A DNA stretch of 64,000 nt from a virus. The translations under genes and the position numbers were made by a program. The notes below the pieces were generated by a model. It was not told the origin of the DNA. It saw only the letters and a list, made by a program, of their open reading frames with translations, and ran no database searches. The stretch is from IMG/VR virus record IMGVR_UViG_3300028800_000074, positions 15,132 to 79,131 of that record. The stretch is one strand, 5' to 3'. The number at the start of each line of letters is the position of its first letter. The first letter of the stretch is position 1. Shown one piece after another: positions 1 through 7,410 of the stretch.

Positions 1-176
1 CAGTCAACGCCTATGACCGCAAGCTCAAAGACCGTCGCATGGTCACAGTGAGCGTCGACGCGGACCTGATGGGCATAGCCAAGTCGCTTGCCCACAAGGC
101 GCTCAACAACAAGAGCGGCAAGAGCAAGTACCTCGGCGGGCTCGTTGAGATCACCCTCGTCAAGGAGGCGAAGTGA
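1..176 (+). CDS. Hypothetical protein, 5'-truncated
   Basis: Open frame from base 3 (VNAYDRKLKD...KEAK*); stop overlaps GTG of next gene. Confidence 0.5.
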   Translation, partial: VNAYDRKLKDRRMVTVSVDADLMGIAKSLAHKALNNKSGKSKYLGGLVEITLVKEAK

Positions 177-358
177 GACAGAGCGTCAGCCGCCTTCGAG
201 GCGCGATCAGCCGGGCGACCGGGCGCAGCTACCGCATCGACGTCGATAAGCTCGACGAAGTGAGCGTGGCCGAGTTCGAGCGCCTGTTGCGCGATATGGA
301 ATACGACAGCATGGCGCGAGCGCGCCGTGCGCAGACAATGCCGTGGAGGAGACCGTGA
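173..358 (+). CDS. Hypothetical protein
   Basis: GTGA overlap, AAGGAGG RBS. Confidence 0.65.
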   Translation: MRQSVSRLRGAISRATGRSYRIDVDKLDEVSVAEFERLLRDMEYDSMARARRAQTMPWRRP

Positions 359-419
359 GCTGCGGCAAGTGCGACGAGCTGGTCGTCCTGCCAGCTCGCC
401 TTAACGCGAGGAGACCGCG

Positions 420-560
420 ATGACCCGGACTGGATCGATGCGCGTGACGAAGAAGACTTGGTACGCGCAGGGCGGGTTCGCCAATTCGAAGTGCTGGCGT
501 CGTCAGGGCCGAAACGGCGGATGGTGCTACTACATCGTCGTTGACCGATGGGTGGACTGA
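420..560 (+). CDS. Small hypothetical protein, 46 aa (not in ORF track)
   Basis: GAGGAG RBS; MTRTGSMRVTKKTWYAQGGFANSKCWRRQGRNGGWCYYIVVDRWVD. Confidence 0.65.
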   Translation: MTRTGSMRVTKKTWYAQGGFANSKCWRRQGRNGGWCYYIVVDRWVD

Positions 561-562
561 AG

Positions 563-757
563 ATGACCCCGTTGAGAGCTTTCAGGCTAGCGACCTTCGC
601 CATGCTCGGCCTCGCACTGGCCGCCTCCTATCGGGCCGATCAGATAGCGACTGAGCGAGGGGTCATGGACGGCTTCGTGCCCATGTTCCCATTTGCGGTC
701 GGCGCAGCGTGCGTGATCGCGCTCTTCAATCTGCTCTTCGTCTGGGGGAAAAAATGA
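563..757 (+). CDS. Small membrane protein (2 hydrophobic segments)
   Basis: Hydrophobic stretches; ATG 2 nt after upstream stop. Confidence 0.6.
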   Translation: MTPLRAFRLATFAMLGLALAASYRADQIATERGVMDGFVPMFPFAVGAACVIALFNLLFVWGKK

Positions 758-948
758 CCACCATTCGAAATGTGCCTGTCCATCGGGACGGCAAGACATA
801 TCGCGTCGCGTTCGAGACGAGGCTCTCCCCTCCAAAGCCTCTCGGAGTTTTTCTCAATAACCGTCGCGCTGGAGAGCGACCAATCAATCCAATCGGCCCA
901 ACGGGCAGGTTCGTGATTGCAGCGGCTCGCTCGGCCCTAAAGGCATGA
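754..948 (+). CDS. Hypothetical protein
   Basis: ATGA overlap with upstream gene. Confidence 0.6.
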   Translation: MTTIRNVPVHRDGKTYRVAFETRLSPPKPLGVFLNNRRAGERPINPIGPTGRFVIAAARSALKA

Positions 949-969
949 TATTGTCCACCCCGAATCATC

Positions 970-1638
970 ATGCCCGACGGATCAGCACTTGCCGCCATTC
1001 TCGCCGCCCCGCGTCAGTGGCGGCTTCTTCGCGTTGCTCCGAACTGCGAGGCCAAGGTAGCCGCCCGGTGCGAGGCGCTCGGTATCGAGGCCTTCTACCC
1101 GAAGGGCTCAAGGATGGCCTTGGGAGGCCGCAGGCTGCGCACGAACACGGTGCTCATGGTCACCCGCCCGGTGATGGCCGGATACGTCTTCGTGAGCCTC
1201 GTGAACGGCAAGGAGCATTTCTCGATCTTCCAGCCGGACCGGAACTACCGGGACAGGCCCGCGCCAATGCTCGACGTCGTCGTCGGCTCGCCGGTCTACG
1301 GGCCGCATGTCGTCAAGACGCCGCCTGTGGACGGATCGCTCGGCTTCGTGTCTGGTCCGCTGGGTCCGAAAATCGTAGACCGGATCATAGTCCTCGACCT
1401 CCAGTTGCGCGAGCAGGCCGGAGAGTTCGACGAGATCGTGCTGGCACCCGGTGGGCGCTTCTATGTGCCACGCTGGATCAAGCGCGGTGCAGTTTGCGAC
1501 GTCGTCGTGGGACCGTTCTCCGAGCAGCGATGCGAGATCAGAAAGATCAGAAACTCAAACGCCGTGGACGTCTCGATGCAGGGACGCTGGCGCGGGCGAG
1601 TGACGCTCCCCATCGACTACCTCAGGAGGATTGAATGA
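970..1638 (+). CDS. NusG/RfaH-family transcription antitermination factor
   Basis: NGN motifs WRLLRVAPNCEAKV, GIEAFYP, RPVMAGYVFV; C-terminal KOW-like KRGAVCDVVVGPFSEQRCEI. Confidence 0.85.
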   Translation: MPDGSALAAILAAPRQWRLLRVAPNCEAKVAARCEALGIEAFYPKGSRMALGGRRLRTNTVLMVTRPVMAGYVFVSLVNGKEHFSIFQPDRNYRDRPAPMLDVVVGSPVYGPHVVKTPPVDGSLGFVSGPLGPKIVDRIIVLDLQLREQAGEFDEIVLAPGGRFYVPRWIKRGAVCDVVVGPFSEQRCEIRKIRNSNAVDVSMQGRWRGRVTLPIDYLRRIE

Positions 1639-1868
1639 GGTTCTTTCTAGACAAGCCTCCAAAGCCCACGACGCCGGTCAAGCGTCCTGTGCCGGAAGAA
1701 GAAGTCCGGCATGTACGCAGGTCGCCAAAGCCACGCCCGCTTGACGGAGCGCTGAGGCGTCAGATGCTCATCGAGGTAGCGCGCGGTCCGAGAGCGAACG
1801 CCGGGGCAGGATGGAACGCATGGGCAAACCACGGGCCAGACGCATACGAGCCGCAAGAGGAAAGCTGA
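1635..1868 (+). CDS. Hypothetical protein
   Basis: ATGA overlap, AGGAGG RBS. Confidence 0.6.
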   Translation: MRFFLDKPPKPTTPVKRPVPEEEVRHVRRSPKPRPLDGALRRQMLIEVARGPRANAGAGWNAWANHGPDAYEPQEES

Positions 1869-1869
1869 G

Positions 1870-2181
1870 ATGGAGCCGACACCCCCAACGCCGGAAGAGC
1901 AGGCGCAGTTCGAGCGCTACCTGATCGCCGCGCACGCGGTCCAGAGCGGCGTCGCCGCGCTCATGAAGCTTGATCCCAAGCTGGTCGAAGAAAAGCATAT
2001 GCGGACCGGTATCGACATGCAGAAGGCAGAGATGGCTGGCTTTGCCGATCTGTTGATCAACAAGGGCGTCTTCACCCGGCTCGAATACATGACCGCCATG
2101 GCCAATGCCGCAGAAGACGAGAAGGCCCGCTACGAGGCGGCGGTCTCGGAGAAGTGGGGTAAGCCGGTGACGCTGGCATGA
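1870..2181 (+). CDS. Hypothetical protein
   Basis: GAGGA RBS, tight packing. Confidence 0.75.
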   Translation: MEPTPPTPEEQAQFERYLIAAHAVQSGVAALMKLDPKLVEEKHMRTGIDMQKAEMAGFADLLINKGVFTRLEYMTAMANAAEDEKARYEAAVSEKWGKPVTLA

Positions 2182-2378
2182 GCCTTGAGGATCAATTCGC
2201 AGCGATCCAGAAAGAGGAGGCGGAGCGCTGGGGATCGCTGGAGAACCTTCGTCTTAGAAGGTTGCTAGAAGGGGCCCTGTGCGCCTGCTGCGGCGAGCCA
2301 ATAGCTGACGCCAACGACGCCTTCGACGCTGAAGAAGGGACGGTCCATAAAGCCTGCCTCGCCAGCGATGGAGCTTGA
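2178..2378 (+). CDS. Small Zn-finger-like protein
   Basis: CxCC...HxxC motif, ATGA overlap. Confidence 0.65.
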   Translation: MSLEDQFAAIQKEEAERWGSLENLRLRRLLEGALCACCGEPIADANDAFDAEEGTVHKACLASDGA

Positions 2379-2404
2379 CGAAATCCAGAAAAACGCTCTA
2401 AGCG
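2375..2404 (+). promoter_or_regulatory. Putative late promoter (sigma70 type)
   Basis: cTTGACG at 2375-2380, A-rich spacer, cTAAGC at 2398-2403, in the long intergenic gap before terminase. Confidence 0.5.
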
Positions 2405-2491
2405 GGTAGTGCGTCACCCGAAGTGATTCGGGTCCGGGTCCGTGGCGCACGGCGGGGAGCGGCGAGCGATTACGCCCGATGCCTCTGTAAC

Positions 2492-2523
2492 AGCCTCCAC
2501 GATGTCAACGTGGGGGCTTTTGT
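2492..2523 (+). terminator. Intrinsic terminator in late leader
   Basis: Stem AGCCTCCACG/CGTGGGGGCT (G-U allowed), 7-nt loop, then TTTGT. Confidence 0.7.
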
Positions 2524-2564
2524 ATGCGCTCATGTTTGATTGCTAAAGTAGCAATGGAATAGCA

Positions 2565-2909
2565 ATGGCGGGTAAGGGTTCAGCACCCGGAGAGAGACGC
2601 GGCGGACGCCAGAAGGGCACGCCGAACCTCTCGACGCGAGAGATGAAGGCGAAGGCCCAAGGCTACGCCGAAGCGACCCTCGAAGCGCTGTTCGCAATGG
2701 TCAACAAGGTGGATGAGCCTATCCCCGGTCGGGTGATGGCGGCGCGAGAGCTTCTTGATCGAGGGTTCGGCAAAGCTGCCCAGCCTCTGAAGGTCAGCCA
2801 CGAGAGCGAGCGCTATGACTGGACGAAGATACCGATTGAGAAGGCGAGGCTAGTCGCCGACGCTCTTCGTCTCGCCCAGCGTGATGGTCTGGTGATCGAG
2901 CATGAGTAG
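2565..2909 (+). CDS. terS: Terminase small subunit
   Basis: GERRGGRQKGTPN motif, ARELLDRGFGK; directly before TerL. Confidence 0.85.
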   Translation: MAGKGSAPGERRGGRQKGTPNLSTREMKAKAQGYAEATLEALFAMVNKVDEPIPGRVMAARELLDRGFGKAAQPLKVSHESERYDWTKIPIEKARLVADALRLAQRDGLVIEHE

Positions 2910-2918
2910 CGTCAGCTA

Positions 2919-4454
2919 ATGGCCCTCGCCGCTCCGGTCATGTCTGACGAGGCGGTTTACGACCTGCTCCGCCGCCACGCCCCCGCGTCCGTGGTTGGCT
3001 ACCTAACCTCCACCGCTCGTGAGCAGGAGGAAGAGGGCAACGCAAGGCTCGCGGAACAGTTTCGTCGTCAATGTGCGACGATGATCGGTTTCACAGAGTA
3101 TCGCTATGCGCGATACGTCACAGCGCCGCATCACAAGCTCGTCTCTGAACAGCTTGAGCGCGTCGAGCGTCGAGAGATCGACCGGCTCATCATCGAGATG
3201 CCTCCCCGACATGGGAAGTCGGAGCTGGCCTCGAAGAGCTACCCGTCATGGTGCTTGGGCCGCAACCCGACGAAACAGATCATCTCCGCCTCGGCCGCGA
3301 ACGATCTGGCGCAGGACTGGGGCAAGTGGGTCCGCAACATTGTCGCCAGTGACGAGTTCAGATTGGTCTACCCCGGCGTCGAGCTTGCCGAGGACAGCCG
3401 GGCCGCAGGAAAGTGGCAGACAAAGCAGGGCGGCATCTATGTCGCCGCGTCGGTTGGCACCGCGATCTTGGGCCGTGGCGCAGACGAGTATCTAATCGAC
3501 GACGCGTTCGGGAGCATGCAGGACGCCCGCAGCGAGACGATCCGAAACTCGGTGTGGGAGTGGTACAACGGCACCGTCTACAATCGGCTCCAGCCGGGCG
3601 GAGCAATCATCATCATCGGCCACCGCATGCACGAGGACGATCTCGCCGGGCGGCTCATTGAGCGCATGAAGGCTGGAGACGGCGCGGATCAGTGGACGAT
3701 CATCCGGCTCCCCGCCGTCGCGGAAGCGCCGACGAAGGAATATCCCGAGCCCGACCCTCTGGGCCGCAAGCCCGGCGAGGCGCTCTGGCCAGCCTCCTAT
3801 CCGATCAAGGCGCTCGAACGCATCCGAGCGAACACGCAGCCGCCGCGCAACTGGTTCGCGCTCTATCAGCAGCGGCCGACGCCTGACGAGGGCGCGATGT
3901 TCATGCCGGACAAGATCACGATCCGGAAGAACTCGAACACGTCCGACGTGGTGGTCTGGGTCCGAGCGTGGGACTTGGCGGCGAGCGTGGATGGGGACTG
4001 GACGGTCGGCGTGCAGATGGGGCGCACCAGTAGCGGGAAGATCGTCATCGGGCACGTGCGACGCCTCAGGGGCCGCCCAGAGGCGGTTTCAGAGGCCATT
4101 GCAGCTCAGGCCCGGCTTGACACGATCAGGGTCAAGATTGCGCTTCCGATTGACCCCGGTCAGGCCGGGCTCGCGCAGAAGTCCGCCTTCGTCAAACTGC
4201 TCAACGGCTTCCGGGTCGACTTCAGCCCGGAGAGCGGCGACAAGGAGACGAGGGCCGAACCGTTCGCGGTGCAGGTCAACAACGATAACGTCGAGATGAT
4301 GGAAGGCGACTGGAACGCCGCCTACGTCGAAGAGCTTCGCAGCTTTCCCGACGGGAAGTACAAGGATCAGGTCGACGCATCGAGCCGGGCACACATGGTG
4401 CTCATGGCGTCGGGCATGCCGATCAGGATCAACCCGGCGCTGCTGGAGCGCTGA
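2919..4454 (+). CDS. terL: Terminase large subunit
   Basis: Walker A MPPRHGKS, YLIDD, HRMHEDDLAG, LYQQRP, nuclease WDLA...DQVDA. Confidence 0.97.
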   Translation: MALAAPVMSDEAVYDLLRRHAPASVVGYLTSTAREQEEEGNARLAEQFRRQCATMIGFTEYRYARYVTAPHHKLVSEQLERVERREIDRLIIEMPPRHGKSELASKSYPSWCLGRNPTKQIISASAANDLAQDWGKWVRNIVASDEFRLVYPGVELAEDSRAAGKWQTKQGGIYVAASVGTAILGRGADEYLIDDAFGSMQDARSETIRNSVWEWYNGTVYNRLQPGGAIIIIGHRMHEDDLAGRLIERMKAGDGADQWTIIRLPAVAEAPTKEYPEPDPLGRKPGEALWPASYPIKALERIRANTQPPRNWFALYQQRPTPDEGAMFMPDKITIRKNSNTSDVVVWVRAWDLAASVDGDWTVGVQMGRTSSGKIVIGHVRRLRGRPEAVSEAIAAQARLDTIRVKIALPIDPGQAGLAQKSAFVKLLNGFRVDFSPESGDKETRAEPFAVQVNNDNVEMMEGDWNAAYVEELRSFPDGKYKDQVDASSRAHMVLMASGMPIRINPALLER

Positions 4455-4517
4455 AACCCTCTTGCGGACCGTTTTCAGTTGTGCTTCCGATGATCGCGGA
4501 AAGGGCGAATCATCATC

Positions 4518-4655
4518 ATGCTGGAGACGTGGCAGTTTTGGGCAGCCGTGGCCGTGGTCGTCGTGATCGTCGTCTACGTCGTTGCGGCTATACGAGCCCC
4601 GGATGACCCGGACGAGCCGAACCCGCATTACGACGACGAGTGGGACCGGTCATGA
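4518..4655 (+). CDS. Small single-TM protein, 45 aa (not in ORF track)
   Basis: MLETWQFWAAVAVVVVIVVYVVAAIR plus acidic tail; stop overlaps ATG 4652. Confidence 0.65.
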   Translation: MLETWQFWAAVAVVVVIVVYVVAAIRAPDDPDEPNPHYDDEWDRS

Positions 4656-4984
4656 CCGTATATCCACTGAAGGGCCAGAAGATCGTCTGCATCGACGATG
4701 ATTGGGGCGAATTTAGCCTTCTGTACCCCGGGTGTCAGACGCCTAAGGTCGGGGACAGGTTCATCATCGAGGGTGTGACGAAGGGCATCCCGAGAAAGGC
4801 CCTCAAGAAGGTGGCCCACATCATGCTCGTCGGGGTACGCATCCCCGATTGCAAAAATCTGTGGTGGGCCAGCGACCAGTTCCGCCCTCTCGACCAGATC
4901 GACGAGTTGCAGGACCAGCTCGCGTCGATCCCGAAGACTAAGAACACCGAGAAGGCCCGCGTGCTAGAGTTCGCTCGGAGATGA
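4652..4984 (+). CDS. Hypothetical protein
   Basis: ATGA overlaps at both ends. Confidence 0.7.
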   Translation: MTVYPLKGQKIVCIDDDWGEFSLLYPGCQTPKVGDRFIIEGVTKGIPRKALKKVAHIMLVGVRIPDCKNLWWASDQFRPLDQIDELQDQLASIPKTKNTEKARVLEFARR

Positions 4985-5181
4985 CCGACTGGCGTCACCG
5001 CCTCATCATCGAGGAAAGCACGCTCAACGAACGCATCGAGGCGCTTGAGGCCTTTCGCGGGACGAACGTCTACCGCGATCTGCCGGGCACCGACCAAGAC
5101 CTGCTCACGATGCAGCTTCTGGCCATGCGCTCGTACATCTATGCGCTGCGGGCTCGCATGAAGAGGACGCCGCCGCTGTGA
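4981..5181 (+). CDS. Small helical-hairpin phage protein (crAss001_48-like)
   Basis: RLxxExxxLxERIxxLxxF...LLxxQLxAMxxY pattern. Confidence 0.65.
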   Translation: MTDWRHRLIIEESTLNERIEALEAFRGTNVYRDLPGTDQDLLTMQLLAMRSYIYALRARMKRTPPL

Positions 5182-5257
5182 AGGGCCTATGGCGAGACAA
5201 TGTTCGAAAGTGCGCCGCCCAACGTAAGCTTCCACCCGAGTTCCAGAGAGAGAGACG

Positions 5258-7399
5258 ATGAAGGCCAGTCAGCTTCTTGCCGCTGCGTCCCTCCTCCTCG
5301 CCATTGGCGCGGAGACGCCAGCCTTCTCATATCCAGCAGGCTACGGCCCTCCAGCTTTGCCGTCAGCCTCGTTGCCGATCAGGCCGGAGTGCCTTCAGCC
5401 GCCGACGAGCTTCACCAACGTCTGGCACTTCGACGCGGTGAACGGCAAGCCGCCGAACTACCTTCAGGTCGCGGGCGCTTACGGCCCGATCATCATGTCG
5501 CCGACGACTGTCCCTACCGGGCAGACCATGAAGGCCTATATCGCCACATGGAACGGCTCAGCTTGGACGCAGGTGCTGACCACGTTCACCGCTGGTCAGG
5601 TCATCCCGGTCAGCGGCAACGGCTCTCTGGCCGCGCCTTGGAACGACGTGTCGGCCGTCATGTGGGCGAGCGCGAACGCCAAGGCTGGATACAGGTGGCC
5701 GCTGCTCGCGACCGTCCCGAGCTACCAGTACGTGGTCGGCAAGGGCTATGTCTATGCCAACGGCGGCGTGAACGGCGGCGTCCAGCAGTCGGGCCCGATC
5801 CTGCCCGGGGACGAGATTTTACTCGCGACCGGGAACTATGGCGCGGTCAGCTTCAATCTTCCGACCATCGAGGTCGTCAACAGCGGCTTCGTGACGATGG
5901 CCGCCGAGCCGGGGCAATCGCCCGTGATCGCGTCGCTTGTCCTCGCCGACACCAACAAGTGGCATTTCGACGGGATCAAGTTTCAGTCGATGGCGGGCGT
6001 CCTTGCCAGCGTGAACGACGGCGGCGGCGCGGCTGACCAGTTCGGCAACCCGCTGGTCACCAGCGACATCATCTTCACTGCAACTGACTTCTCCAACGTC
6101 GACGACTTGGTCGCGAACGGGTGGACGCAGGTCCAGTGGCGCAGCGCAACGAGCGGCTTCCAGTCGCAGGGGAGCAACGACGGCGCGAATACGAGATGCG
6201 TCTCGGTCCTCGCCAGCCATGCCCACAATCTGCATGAGGGCATCACGATCAATTCGAACTACTCGGTCGCGTCCTATGACGAGATCAACCGGTTCACTGA
6301 CAACGCCCTGAGCCACGATGGCTCGTATCAGATTTTCGACGTCAACTTCACGCATGACCCGGTCGACGTTGGGCTCGCGTACCACGTTGACGGCTCGCAG
6401 CAGGAGGGCTTCGCGCTTCTCCCCGGGCAGACGTGGATCACCTACACCGACATCGAGAAGAACAACGGCCTCTTCATCGATCATTACGATCCGACGAGCC
6501 CGTTCGCCACGATCTGCATGACGGGGATGGATGACTACTCCGGCGTCGGCTACGTCATCGTCAAAAATCTGCGCATCCAAAACAATGTTCATATCTCGTG
6601 CGGGACTGGTGAACTCTACGAGCTGAACATCCAAGACTCGATCATCTCGAACAACACGGTTGTCCCAACGAACCCGGCGCAGAACCCCCTCCCGGGTATC
6701 TCGCTGACGCTGACGAACAATTCAAACAGCCGGGTTTGCAACAACATCGCGCCGAACATCGTCGTCGCCAACAATCAGCCCGGCGTCACGTTCGACAACA
6801 ACGTCGCCGTTCAGTATGCGGCCTATATCCAGAACGCCGACGGCTCATGGCCCGCGAGCGCGAGCTTCCTTCAGGCCTATGGCTGGTGGGACACGACCGG
6901 CCACTACAGCGCGACGCAGACGGCCGCCGCCAACAACCAGACGATGTCGATTGCGTCGTTCATGGCGCTCTTCAATCAGGCTCCGACCGGCGTCCCTCCG
7001 ACCTATGACGTCTCGCTCAAGCCGGGCGCAACGACCAACGGGTCGGCGAGCTGCGGTCCGCAGACGAACACGGCCGGGCAGCTTCGCGCCTACTGGGTGA
7101 ACTACACTGCGGCCGAGACGGCGGCGATGGCGCAGGACGCGATCTCGGCTGGAGACCTTACTGCGGCCAATGTGGCGACGCAGACGGCGAACGCGTCGGC
7201 CTCGACGGCGGCGACGGACGATCAGGCCACGGCTGCGGCCAAGGCGATCTCGGACGCTGCCGACGCTCAGGCGGCGACGGACGCTCAGACGGCGGCTCAG
7301 GCAGTCACCACGTCGAACGCGGCTCAGGCTCAGGCCGCCACGCTTGACAACGCGGCGGCTGCGGCCGGTGCCGCGCCTATGGCCCCCGGCGCATACTGA
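5258..7399 (+). CDS. Exported right-handed beta-helix (pectin-lyase-like) protein with Ala-rich C-terminal tail
   Basis: N-terminal signal peptide; PGDEILLATGNYG motif; Asn-ladder repeats (IQNNV, IISNNTV, VCNNI); 6 Cys. Confidence 0.75.
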   Translation: MKASQLLAAASLLLAIGAETPAFSYPAGYGPPALPSASLPIRPECLQPPTSFTNVWHFDAVNGKPPNYLQVAGAYGPIIMSPTTVPTGQTMKAYIATWNGSAWTQVLTTFTAGQVIPVSGNGSLAAPWNDVSAVMWASANAKAGYRWPLLATVPSYQYVVGKGYVYANGGVNGGVQQSGPILPGDEILLATGNYGAVSFNLPTIEVVNSGFVTMAAEPGQSPVIASLVLADTNKWHFDGIKFQSMAGVLASVNDGGGAADQFGNPLVTSDIIFTATDFSNVDDLVANGWTQVQWRSATSGFQSQGSNDGANTRCVSVLASHAHNLHEGITINSNYSVASYDEINRFTDNALSHDGSYQIFDVNFTHDPVDVGLAYHVDGSQQEGFALLPGQTWITYTDIEKNNGLFIDHYDPTSPFATICMTGMDDYSGVGYVIVKNLRIQNNVHISCGTGELYELNIQDSIISNNTVVPTNPAQNPLPGISLTLTNNSNSRVCNNIAPNIVVANNQPGVTFDNNVAVQYAAYIQNADGSWPASASFLQAYGWWDTTGHYSATQTAAANNQTMSIASFMALFNQAPTGVPPTYDVSLKPGATTNGSASCGPQTNTAGQLRAYWVNYTAAETAAMAQDAISAGDLTAANVATQTANASASTAATDDQATAAAKAISDAADAQAATDAQTAAQAVTTSNAAQAQAATLDNAAAAAGAAPMAPGAY

Positions 7400-7410
7400 C
7401 CATCTGATCG

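Noticed and set aside
740-760. GGGGGAAAAAA as a programmed frameshift
   Set aside because: Not an in-frame X XXY YYZ heptamer; explained by an ordinary ATGA overlap
7100-7380. Repetitive DNA as CRISPR or DGR-type repeats
   Set aside because: Repeats are codon-level results of Ala-rich protein; no constant repeat-spacer structure and no reverse transcriptase in the window
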